A stretch of DNA of 63,413 bases, filler included, from Stramenopiles sp. TOSAG23-2 (Eukaryota): NCBI GenBank assembly GCA_900128395.1. It is 4 parts of 4 records of this genome, joined end to end, with 100 filler letters (N's around TTAATTAATTAA, not from the genome) between each part and the next. Parts side by side here need not be neighbours in the genome. Positions count along the whole stretch, not along the records: positions 1 to 15,887 come from LT649693.1; positions 15,988 to 31,758 come from LT649696.1; 2 more parts are not named here. One strand, 5' to 3'. The notes below the pieces were generated by a model. That model had not been told where the DNA came from, did no database searches, and worked only from the letters and a program-made list of their open reading frames with translations. The translations under genes were made by a program, and so were the position numbers. Below, piece by piece: positions 11,716-21,622 of this stretch (position 1 is the first letter of the stretch; each line of letters begins with the position of its first letter).

Positions 11716-12275
11716 GATGGTTAAAATCTAAGTGAAACAAATAATTTTACTTCCCGTGCTAAGTAATATGCTCAATATATAACACGCGTGTATGTGGAAG
11801 TATGATTACATAAATATACGAAGCCGTATGATATGCATATATAATAATATATATGATATTTATAAACTAATGATAAATTAATATACGACGCGTATGATAA
11901 AAGATACGACGTATATATCGATGGTTAAAATCTAAGTTATATCATAATAATTTTACACTTCTCGTGTTAAGTATATATATATATGCTCAATACTCAATAG
12001 CAAGAATAATATCATATGATATATATGATATAGAATATATATGATGGTTAAAATCTAAGTTATATCATAATAATTTTACACTTCTCGTGTTAAGTAATAG
12101 ACGTATATAATATAGTGGTTAAAATCTACACAGTTATAATAGTTTTACTTCTCATGTTAAATAAAATATGCTCAATAGACATACTCAATCTCGAGAATAA
12201 ATATGATGGTTAAAATCTAAAGTTATAATATTTTTACACTTCTCGTGTTAAGTAATTACTCTCCAAAAGAATACA
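11716..12275 (+). repeat. Array of five copies of repeat module A (GATGGTTAAAATCTAAG...TTTACACTTCTCGTGTTAAGTAAT) plus a fragment of module B
   Basis: Units start at about 11716, 11920, 12043, 12116 and 12205, with variable AT-rich spacers; TACTCTCCAAAAGAATAC at ~12257. Confidence 0.88.
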
Positions 12276-12287
12276 CTAAACTAAAAT

Positions 12288-13586
12288 TTAATAATATCTA
12301 TCTTCACGTGTCAATCTCCAAGTCTCTTGTGCTTTTTGATCAATTATAAATCTTTTGATAGTTTCATCATTATCAAAATCCAATCGCGACAAAAATCCGT
12401 ATTTAGCATTTAATTCTGCTTCATCGCAATTTGTATCAGTGGTATTAAAACGATACGACGACGGATATAAAATTAGTAACACGTTGCGTGGTAAACCTCG
12501 TGATCTTTTTATTTTCGGTACAAAAAATGCAGTTTGATTTGATTTTAAAATTTCTGTAATAATATCTGGATAAAGACGATGTGTTGAATCTAAGCATAAG
12601 TTATATACAGATGTATCATGACTACCATCTGTAGATTCTTCAAACTCTTCATGTTTCACTTTTGACGCAAGACTCAACGTTTCTTTGACAAAAATAAAAT
12701 TGTTTTGCTTCACTGAAATGGCATTTTCTACAAGGACGTAACTGAATAATAACAGATCAAATTTAAATTCAGTAATTATTTCTTTTACATTGATGTTTTT
12801 CAAATTATTATTATTATTTACATTAATATTATATATCGAAGACTGTACATCACAAGTAGCAAATTTAATAATTATTTGAGGCAATTTTGATTGGCCATTT
12901 GGATCCAATTCCTTCGTAAACCTTTCAAGGGTGCTTGTTACCAGCTCTACTTGTTCTATCCAATTTTCTTCAAAATCAAAAATGTACCAAATGATATTCT
13001 TTTTTCTAAATTGAAGATCAAACAATAAATAGCCATAAAATCCAACGATGGAAAAACCTGGGCCGCCACCAAAACTTGCAATCGCAATGTTTTTCTTTCC
13101 AATGAAATTTTGCCTAAGCAATGGTATACCCTTTTCAGCATATGCAAACAAATACATAATATATTCACTTCGTTTGACTAAGAAATTTAATGTATATGCA
13201 TTTCTTTCTATTGAACTATCAAAACTAACTAAAACACCTTCGTTCGTTGAAATATTTAATCTTGATTGTAAGTCTTGCCATTGTGTTGACGACTCAACTT
13301 TTCCATTAACAAACTTTGTATTTATCACATGTGATAGCATGTTCAATATTGTTGACAAATATGTATTTACATAGTTTCGATATAAATGCTCATATTTTTT
13401 ATTTTTACGTTTTGATTTTGAGGAGCGTTCATACCACGCTTGCTCTTCCAATGTATGGTTAAAAATGAATTCTCGACATTTTTCTATGTTCAATGGTGAA
13501 ATGGAAGAAGAAGAAGAAGAAGAAGAAAAAGAAGACATGTTTTCTAATTTTTCATTGGTATTGTGATCATTTACACACGACGTCAT
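12288..13586 (-). CDS. Hypothetical class I SAM-dependent methyltransferase-like protein
   Basis: 432-aa ORF; IASFGGGPG (motif I-like), YIFD, DLLLFSYVLVE (motif IV-like). Confidence 0.6.
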   Translation of the reverse strand: MTSCVNDHNTNEKLENMSSFSSSSSSSSISPLNIEKCREFIFNHTLEEQAWYERSSKSKRKNKKYEHLYRNYVNTYLSTILNMLSHVINTKFVNGKVESSTQWQDLQSRLNISTNEGVLVSFDSSIERNAYTLNFLVKRSEYIMYLFAYAEKGIPLLRQNFIGKKNIAIASFGGGPGFSIVGFYGYLLFDLQFRKKNIIWYIFDFEENWIEQVELVTSTLERFTKELDPNGQSKLPQIIIKFATCDVQSSIYNINVNNNNNLKNINVKEIITEFKFDLLLFSYVLVENAISVKQNNFIFVKETLSLASKVKHEEFEESTDGSHDTSVYNLCLDSTHRLYPDIITEILKSNQTAFFVPKIKRSRGLPRNVLLILYPSSYRFNTTDTNCDEAELNAKYGFLSRLDFDNDETIKRFIIDQKAQETWRLTREDRYY

Positions 13587-14052
13587 GATTATGATTTATT
13601 TCATTGCTTTCAATGTAAGTCAGAAATTATTCGAATTAATATATATCCACACTACTATGTATATAAAATAAGTCATCATTAATTTATATTCTTCTTACAA
13701 GGTATAGCTGGATAGCAATTATTATTGAATATTTTTATTGATGGCCTAAATCTAAATCTACTATTTATGGAGAAGAAGAAAATGAGAAGCGAGATTAAGA
13801 TGCGTCGTATATATTAACCTTAATTAATATTATAGCAACTTTTAAAATTAAAACAAAAAGAATCTTTTTGATTAAAATGTCATCAGAATAAAACTGGTTT
13901 ATACTAAATGTATTCTAACCATAAATTAAAATACCTAGCAAATTTTATTCCATTCGCACATTCCTTATTTACCTCTATACTAATACTATTTTTTGCTTTT
14001 TCTTACATTAACATGTGACGGCTCTGGTGAAAATTAAAATGCAACAAAAAAA

Positions 14053-14234
14053 TAAAAAAAAAAATAATGAAAAATGCATTTTTTATTTATTAATATAGAA
14101 ATCGTCGTCGCTCGCTATTATAGAAATGAATACATTCGTATTAACATACAGCTAAAAAAAAAATAATGAAAAATGCATTTTTTATTTATTAATATAGAAA
14201 TCGTCGTCGCTCGCTATTATAGAAATGAATACAT
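14053..14234. repeat. Direct repeat of ~82 bp, period 99
   Basis: ATCGTCGTCGCTCGCTATTATAGAAATGAATACAT at 14101 and 14200. Confidence 0.9.
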
Positions 14235-14262
14235 ATACATATAATTGAAAAAATAATTAAAG

Positions 14263-14613
14263 ATGAGTAATATAAAAACATATGAAAAAGATATAATAAA
14301 TCAAGGTACGGGTACACCATGCCAACGTGGTCAAACGGTGACAGTTCATTGTACTGGATACGGAAAAAACGGTGATCTTAATCAGAAATTCTGGTCAACG
14401 AAAGATGAAGGGCAACAGCCATTTACATTTCAGCTTGGTATGGGAAAGGTAATTAAATGTTGGGATGAAGGTGTTATGACAATGAAAATTGGTGAGAAAG
14501 CAGCATTAACTTGTTCTCCAGAGTATGGATATGGTGCTGGAGGTTTTCCGGCGTGGGGCATAATGCCAAACAGTGTTTTAAAGTTTGAGATTGAGGTACT
14601 GTCGGCAAAATAA
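14263..14613 (+). CDS. FKBP12: FKBP12 peptidyl-prolyl isomerase, plant-type
   Basis: GQTVTVHCTGYGKNGDLNQKFWSTKDEGQQPF...VIKCWDEG...YGAGGFPAWGIMPNSVLKFEIEVL resembles the plant FKBP12 subtype as I recall it. Confidence 0.93.
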   Translation: MSNIKTYEKDIINQGTGTPCQRGQTVTVHCTGYGKNGDLNQKFWSTKDEGQQPFTFQLGMGKVIKCWDEGVMTMKIGEKAALTCSPEYGYGAGGFPAWGIMPNSVLKFEIEVLSAK

Positions 14614-14942
14614 ACATGAAAAAATTTTAACAGTTTTTTATTTTTGATAATTTTCGTGTGTGTGCACGTGTCGAATTTTTACCACAAACAAGATATGCGT
14701 GATTAAGTATTTTTTGAAAAAAAAATATATATATATGTAAAATATAATACGACGAATATTAAAATAAAAAATATATATATACACTCGTATATATATAATA
14801 AAACACATTATTTTTTTATTTTTTTTTTTATTTTCTAGATTTTTATAAAATATTATATCATAATAAAATTTGTTGTATTTTTATATACGCTTCTTCATAT
14901 CATAAAAAAATATCAGAGTATATTTAAATATCTACAAAATTA

Positions 14943-15887
14943 TTATTGTGTCAATTCTAACTCACTTTCATCATCATCATCAATTATAATAACTTCAGAT
15001 ACAGTAGTATTACTTGATGTTTCATCGTTTGTATTATCTTTACTACCGTTTTGTAATCCTCCATTATCATTATCAATGTTATCATTAGTTTCTTCCTCTT
15101 TCTTTCTATATGCTTTCTTCATATCTACAGGACCTGTTCCAATAAATGAATTACTTGATTCAAGTGTTGTATTTATTGGCATTTTATATTGAAATGGAAT
15201 ATTACCTACATCCTCACTACTACCATTATCATTATCAACATCATCTGGAATCTATACATGTGTGTGTAAAAGTATTGTATATATATACATGTACATGTAT
15301 GTGTTAATAAATCAATATCGTATATATAGGTTTTGCAAAACAATAAAAAAAAGTTTCTCTTTGTAGAGGTTTGGTATTTAATATATATATTATAATACTT
15401 ACAAATTGAGCTTCATTAAATATGACAACACTATCAAATGTATTATCACATAATACATCTTTTGTTTTTTGTTGCTTATCACTTTGTTGTGCACATTGTA
15501 AAGTAACAAAACGATTCTTTGGGTATACAATTTCTCCAATTAATTTCAACCTTCCGCCATTTAATTCCAAATATAATTCTGGATTTGTAGTATTTAATTT
15601 TGATATTTGACCGATTTGTAGATGATCATGATTTGCTTTTTCCTTCTTTTTTTTAACTTTAAGTTTTTCATCTGCATTTGTTGTAGTAGACGACTTGCTG
15701 GTATTTGTTGTCGTAGTAGTTGTTGTTGTCGTGGTGGTTGTTGTAGTAGTGGTTTCATTTGTATCTGTCGCATTATCATCATCTAATACACTAGCTTGCG
15801 ATAGTAAGATATCTTCATTATCAGTTGTTTGTGAATCAGCAACACTGTCACTATCGTTATTATCATTATTATCTTTTTTTTTTTGCT
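14943..15887 (-). CDS. RHL1: RHL1-like DNA topoisomerase VI accessory subunit; 5'-partial; exons 15887-15403 and 15251-14943
   Basis: Manual translation gives IGQISKLNTTNPELYLELNGGRLKLIGEIVYPKNRFVTLQ..VLCDNTFDSVVIFNEAQF|IPDD, matching the plant RHL1 core (NPxLYLxFPxGRxKLxGTIxYPKNRYLTLQ..VLCDDYFDxMIVF). Phase-0 GTAAGT...TAG intron 15402-15252 joins the exons in frame. Confidence 0.85.
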
Positions 15888-15987
15888 NNNNNNNNNNNNN
15901 NNNNNNNNNNNNNNNNNNNNNNNNNNNNNNNTTAATTAATTAANNNNNNNNNNNNNNNNNNNNNNNNNNNNNNNNNNNNNNNNNNNN
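15888..15987. other. Artificial contig linker N44-TTAATTAATTAA-N44
   Basis: Exactly 100 bp, stops in all six frames, repeated identically three times. Confidence 0.98.
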
Positions 15988-16072
15988 TGTTGGGAAAGTA
16001 AATATATACATATTATTCAAAAGTTAAAAAAGTCGACTTGATTTTAGTTTATAAATGTTATAATATACTTAC

Positions 16073-16102
16073 ACTACCTTCATCTTCTTTTAAATCGGAC
16101 AT
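16073..16102 (-). CDS. Probable first exon (MSDLKEDEGS) of a gene running off the contig start
   Basis: ATG at 16102 after an A-rich leader; GTAAGT donor at 16072; the contig ends in an acceptor-like TTTACTTTCCCAACA. Confidence 0.5.
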
Positions 16103-17035
16103 GTTTTTGTTTGTATTTTGTTTGTATTTTGTTTGGTTTTAATTTTCGTTCTTTTTCGTTCTTTGTTTTTAATGTTATTGGTTCGTTTCTTTTCCTTTTG
16201 TTCTTTTTGTATATCTTCTCTCTCTTCTATTGTATCTTTTATCAATCATTTTAGTCGATATATGTTATAATGTGTACTGTTTATAGTATGTGATTTGTTA
16301 TAATTCTTTATTTTCCTATCTACTAATTAAACTTTAATTTAAGGTATTTAATATAGCATTTTGTACGTGTTATATTCTATTGTCTAAACAATTTTTTATG
16401 TTTTTGTAGTACTAATTATCGTATACAAACATTTTGTTTCCAAAATATGATTAGCGGATCGAGTAAAGCTAATCTACAAACCGCTTATCCTTAAACATAG
16501 AAATCATCGTGAAAAATGTAACAACGACATAAAAATGAAGCAAAACGAAGCAAATGGAAAATCGTAATGATATGATGATGGTAAAACATGAAATAAAATA
16601 GAATTTTGATGCCAGAAAAACTTACAACAAATAGCATGGACACAACACTGAATAAAATAGATTGCATTTTTGCTGACGAGCGTGACAATGGTAGACTATT
16701 AAATAGGACCTCGTCACGTCTATCATCATATTCCCCCCAGTTTTCTAAAAGAAATGTTGTACCAGTAAATCTGAAATCAAAATCCGATCCTACTATGGGA
16801 CCAGGGGACAGCAGCATGCAGGACGCAGGACTGCGAGGACCAACAATAACAATGCGCCAAATAGGTAGAGCTACTTAATAGCACATGATATTATTATAGA
16901 AGAAGAACTACTAAGAAGATAATGAATAATTATTATAAAAACATTGATCTAGAATACAAGAAACTCTCAAGCAAGTATATATAGATACATGGATGTATAT
17001 ATATATATATAAAACATATAGAAATAAAAAGAAGA

Positions 17036-17116
17036 AAAAGAACGAAAATTAAAACCAACCAAACAAACAAACAAAATACAAACAAAAACATGTCCGATTT
17101 AAAAGAAGATGAAGGT
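17036..17116 (+). repeat. Inverted duplicate of the leader and first exon at 16076-16155
   Basis: ACAAAATACAAACAAAAACATGTCCGATTTAAAAGAAGATGAAGGT is the reverse complement of the segment around 16076-16121. Confidence 0.9.
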
Positions 17117-17390
17117 CTCAATACTCAATCGCAAGAATAATATGCTATCCATATATGTGTTTTTCTCTTACTCATATCCATATATATATCATATTATTAT
17201 ACGAATATAATTAATTTAATTTATGATACGCATCATAATTTATTTTTAATTTACTCATGATAATTCCTACTCTTCAAAAGAATACGAACGTAAAATAACT
17301 GGAAATAATCTATCTCACACTAGTGTGTTGAATATTCTCTCTCATAATAGAGGAATACCAAATGGAAGGTAAATAGATGGTATCAACTAA
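17117..17390 (+). repeat. Module A fragment plus a full copy of repeat module B
   Basis: CTCAATACTCAATCGCAAGAATAAT at 17117; TACTCATGATAATTCCTACTCTTCAAAAGAATAC...CACACTAGTGTG...GGTAAATAGATGGTAT at 17252-17390. Confidence 0.88.
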
Positions 17391-17540
17391 TACATGTACA
17401 TATATATTATATATATTCTATATATATATTAATATATTACAAAATATAATATGATAATTTATATTTTTTTAAAAAATATTTTTTTTTTATTTTTAGAGGC
17501 GAAAGCGCTAATTAAACAAACATGCTTTTATATTTGTAGT

Positions 17541-19646
17541 TTACTGCAGCGTCTTTCGTAATTTTGCATACACGCCATTACTATTCACTAACTCGTCATG
17601 GCTACCTTCCTCTACAAAACTTGCACCACTATCAATGCTATCTACATTATTATTATCAATGAAATCTAAAACAGCAATTTTATCAGCACTTCTAATTGTA
17701 CTTAATCTATGTGCAATTACAATTGTCGTTCGTGTTTTCTCGTTCAATAAATTTTGCAAAGCAGATTGAACAATCTTCTCGCTTTGATTGTCTAAAGCAC
17801 TTGTAGCTTCATCTAAAATTAAAATAGGCGCATCTTTTAGTAATGCTCTTGCAATGGCTATCCGTTGTTTTTGCCCTCCAGACATTTGTATTCCTTTCTC
17901 CCCTACGTAAGTCCCATAACCTTCAGGGAACGCAGAAATAAAATCATGTGCATTTGCTAGTTTTGCTGCATGCATGACATCTTCTTTACTGGCATCTGGA
18001 TTGCTAAATTGTATATTTTCAAAAATCGATGTAGCAAATAATATTGGTTCTTGGGACACAATTCCTATATTGGAACGTAAATATTGCAATGGAAAATCTT
18101 TAATATTGATACCATCGATATATATACCACCAGCATCCTCGCTGTTATTGTTGTTTACACCGTCATCGTTACTATTCACATCATATAATCTCGTTATTAA
18201 ACCAGAAATAGTACTTTTGCCACTACCACTTGTACCACAAATTGCAACTGTTTTATTTCTAGGAACAGTTAAGGAACAATTATTTAATATTTTTACATTA
18301 TTTCTACTTGGGTATGAAAATGTGACATTTCTCAATTCGATATGACCATTGGTAATTTCTGGATGTTGCGTAATAACAGTATCCATCCTATTCACATCAA
18401 CTGTTTCTAGATTTGTGTTATCATTTGGTTGTTTCTCATCATTGGTAGTATTCGCATAACTAATATTTGACATATTAGGTAAGCGATTCAAAATTTCAAA
18501 TACACGATCACTAGCACCAACTGCTTTCATGATATCAGAATAAGATGAACCAAGCATTGCTATTCGAACTCCAACATATGTTGAATACAACAAAAAACTT
18601 GTCAACTCGCCAGCACTAATATCACCAGTAATGACGAGACTGCCACCTTTTAATAAAACTGCTACTATGGCAAAATTTGCAGCAAAATGCAATGACCCAT
18701 CATAATATGCAGACACAATACCAGTATCTTTTGATATTTCATAAACATCATCAATTTTACTATGGTATGTATTTGCTACTCGTCGTTCCGCAGCAAATTG
18801 GAAAATTGTACGTATTCCACCAAGCGATTCTTCTGCATATGCACCAGTCTCACCTAACTTTTCTTGCACTTCCTTTTGCCTTTTTCTAATATATTTTCCA
18901 AAATACCTAGCACCAAAAAGAACAGGTGGTATTACAGATAAGCTTAATGTTGCTAATGTTGGTGATGTGTAAAATAACATCCCAACTCCACCACTGACAA
19001 TTAATAATGATTGGACTGAATTAACTGCTGTGCGTGTAACGGCACGTTGGACTACTTGTGTATCAGCGGTAAGACGAGTCATAATATCGCCTGTTCGCAT
19101 CTTATCAAAAAAAGCTACTTCTTGATCTAACAAAGCTGAAAATAATCGTCTTCGAAGTCGTGCTACTATACGTTCACCAGCTATTGACAACAATATTCCA
19201 CGTCCAACCATGACGGCACTTTGTATAAAAAATAATCCTAACATACCTCCTGATAAATAAATAGGATCAACGGCAGTCGAGCCTGCAGCAGTTTCATTTA
19301 CAAGTGCTAAATCTAATACTTTGCCTAAAACAAATGGAAAAGCCAACGTAATACCAGAGGTAACAAATAGTGACGATGCAGCACCTATAATGTATTTATA
19401 CTCTGGTTTTCCCAATGTTGCAATTTGTCTTATAGATGATAACGATGGTATTTTTTTTTCTTCTACTACATCTTTATCAAGTGATGAGGGCATATCTTTT
19501 TTTACATTATTATTATTATTATTATTGGTAGTGAATGATGATATTGTTTGAAAAAATATAGATGATGATGGAAAATGATGATGATTTCGATATGGCTTTC
19601 TTTTAAGGATGGTATGATGCGAAATTTTTATTAAGTTTTTCCACAT
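17541..19646 (-). CDS. Mitochondrial ABCB half-transporter (ABCB10/Mdl1-like)
   Basis: Transmembrane domain, Walker A GTSGSGKST, VSQEP, MSGGQKQRIAIARA, ILILDEATSALD, IAHRLST. Basic presequence from M at 19646. Confidence 0.92.
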   Translation of the reverse strand: MWKNLIKISHHTILKRKPYRNHHHFPSSSIFFQTISSFTTNNNNNNNVKKDMPSSLDKDVVEEKKIPSLSSIRQIATLGKPEYKYIIGAASSLFVTSGITLAFPFVLGKVLDLALVNETAAGSTAVDPIYLSGGMLGLFFIQSAVMVGRGILLSIAGERIVARLRRRLFSALLDQEVAFFDKMRTGDIMTRLTADTQVVQRAVTRTAVNSVQSLLIVSGGVGMLFYTSPTLATLSLSVIPPVLFGARYFGKYIRKRQKEVQEKLGETGAYAEESLGGIRTIFQFAAERRVANTYHSKIDDVYEISKDTGIVSAYYDGSLHFAANFAIVAVLLKGGSLVITGDISAGELTSFLLYSTYVGVRIAMLGSSYSDIMKAVGASDRVFEILNRLPNMSNISYANTTNDEKQPNDNTNLETVDVNRMDTVITQHPEITNGHIELRNVTFSYPSRNNVKILNNCSLTVPRNKTVAICGTSGSGKSTISGLITRLYDVNSNDDGVNNNNSEDAGGIYIDGINIKDFPLQYLRSNIGIVSQEPILFATSIFENIQFSNPDASKEDVMHAAKLANAHDFISAFPEGYGTYVGEKGIQMSGGQKQRIAIARALLKDAPILILDEATSALDNQSEKIVQSALQNLLNEKTRTTIVIAHRLSTIRSADKIAVLDFIDNNNVDSIDSGASFVEEGSHDELVNSNGVYAKLRKTLQ

Positions 19647-20186
19647 CTTGCTATTGTTTTCTTTTCTATATATATATATATATACAACAGTTTTGTTTGT
19701 AATGTCTATCATCGAACTATCATCTTATATATTATATTTTATATAAATATATATACAAGCGGTGTTCGACGAAGAATTTATTATTATTGCCACAGATGTA
19801 GATTGCTTGCTGGTGGAGCACAGCCACAGCAGCACACCCACATAAAATATCCTTCCTATCAAAATGAAATATCGTACAGCATATACCAGATTCAAGTACG
19901 AGGGGTGAGAGAAAAAATCCCCTTATTTATTAGTTTCCTCAGGTAGCTCTACCTTAAACCTATACTATAATGGTATAAGGCCAAATGATGGCCATCATTG
20001 AAATTAATAATAATAGCTTTAACTTGGTCATCGATCAAAAAGATAGATATTACATTACATTTGGTGTAGAGATATACTTTCTCTCAGAAGAATTCCAAAC
20101 AAAAAAGGTTATTAGCTCCTCGCTAGATCTACTTGGACTCGCTCACTCTCTTTCTTTCTTTCTGTATTTATAAATTATATATATGT

Positions 20187-21593
20187 ATGTATAGAAATAT
20201 AAGTAGATTTCTTCGTTTGCCATATTGTCGTAATAATAATACATCAACATTATATATTGGAAAAAAAAAAATTACTACTTCCAGTACAAGAACTGCAACA
20301 AAAAATAATATTAACAACAAAAAGAAAAACAATAGTATGACAAATTTAGTAACATCATCCTTTGAAAGTACTGGTTTAAATAGTGCAATTGTCAAACCGT
20401 GGGATATACAGCAAGATGTATATCCATCTTCACGTGCGTTGAATGATGGTTTTGAACTGTCTATAGCACCTATGATGAAACAAACTGATTTTCATTTTCA
20501 TTATTTAATGAGACATTTCACCAAACATACTAGATTGTATACGGAAATGATTGTGGATGATACCATTTTACACCAGCTTGAAAATTTAAAGAAGTTCATA
20601 GGCTACAACAAAAATACACATCCAATTACGGTGCAATTAGGAGGCAATGATCCAGAAAAATTAGCCAAAGCAGCTAAAATATGCGAAGAATGGGGTTATG
20701 ATGAAATTAATTTAAATGTTGGATGTCCATCTTCACGAGTTAGTAAAAAATGTTTCGGGGCACGATTGATGTTATATCCAGAAATTGTAAAAGAATGCTG
20801 TGCAGCTATGAAACGAGTCGTTCAAGTCCCAGTGACAGTAAAATGTCGATTAGGCGCTGATGATGTAGATTCATACGAAGATCTTGTAAATTTTGTAAAT
20901 ATTGTAAATGAAGCTGGTGTGAAACATTATATCATCCATGCACGAAAATGTCTATTAGATGGTTTGTCAACACAAGAAAATAGACGAATTCCAAAATTAA
21001 ATTATGAACGTGTATATCGCCTTGCAAATGATTTTAAAGATAATGATTTTTCAATTAATGGAGGGATTAAAACGTTGGAGGAATCATTGAAATTTAGAGA
21101 GAAAAAAATGAAATGCGATGATAGTAACAGTTTCAATAATCTGAATCGCAGCTGCTCGGCTAAAAATGAAGAGGAAGAAGAAGAGGTAAAGGAAGAAACT
21201 ACTATTCAGCAAGAAATGATAGAAAGAAATCAATTAAGAGGCGTTATGATAGGTCGTGGTGCATGGTCCACTCCATTTATGTTTGCTAATGCAGATAAAT
21301 TAATTTATGGTGAAAAAAATCCAGGAATTAGTAGGCGTGAAGCATTGCATAGTTATATAGAATATGCAGAATATCAAATGAGTTTAGATGCCAGAAATAC
21401 AAGTAGACAAAGACTTAGCATTAAGACATTAATGAAACCATGTATGAATTTATTTAAAGGTGAACCTGGTGGTAATTTGTTTAGGAGACGTATTGATGAA
21501 GGAATCAATATTAAAAAATTATCTAATATACGAGAAATTGTTTTAAATGCAATGGAAGAAGTAGATCAAGAAGCTGTTGATAGAACATTTTGA
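20187..21593 (+). CDS. dusA: tRNA-dihydrouridine synthase, DusA-type
   Basis: SIAPM..TD, LYTEM, QLGG, GYDEINLNVGCPS, PVTVKCRLG, HARK, INGGI, GVMIGR. Basic N-terminal extension suggests organelle targeting. Confidence 0.92.
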   Translation: MYRNISRFLRLPYCRNNNTSTLYIGKKKITTSSTRTATKNNINNKKKNNSMTNLVTSSFESTGLNSAIVKPWDIQQDVYPSSRALNDGFELSIAPMMKQTDFHFHYLMRHFTKHTRLYTEMIVDDTILHQLENLKKFIGYNKNTHPITVQLGGNDPEKLAKAAKICEEWGYDEINLNVGCPSSRVSKKCFGARLMLYPEIVKECCAAMKRVVQVPVTVKCRLGADDVDSYEDLVNFVNIVNEAGVKHYIIHARKCLLDGLSTQENRRIPKLNYERVYRLANDFKDNDFSINGGIKTLEESLKFREKKMKCDDSNSFNNLNRSCSAKNEEEEEEVKEETTIQQEMIERNQLRGVMIGRGAWSTPFMFANADKLIYGEKNPGISRREALHSYIEYAEYQMSLDARNTSRQRLSIKTLMKPCMNLFKGEPGGNLFRRRIDEGINIKKLSNIREIVLNAMEEVDQEAVDRTF

Positions 21594-21622
21594 GACGCTC
21601 GTGGTGTGTAATGTTAATAAAG

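Noticed and set aside
11716..12275. CRISPR-like array (repeats with variable spacers)
   Set aside because: Eukaryotic context, degenerate repeats of unequal length, low-complexity spacers of irregular size and no cas genes.
15932..15943. TTAATTAATTAA palindrome as a biological site (also 31803 and 47657)
   Set aside because: Always centred in exactly 44+44 N; it is an artificial six-frame stop linker.
15695..15943. Poly-Val plus-strand ORF
   Set aside because: Antisense of the poly-Thr tract in the RHL1-like gene, and it runs into the linker.
16491..16878. ORFs 16606-16878 (+) and 16491-16817 (-)
   Set aside because: Short, with no recognisable motif. Possibly a decayed coding relic, but unsupported.
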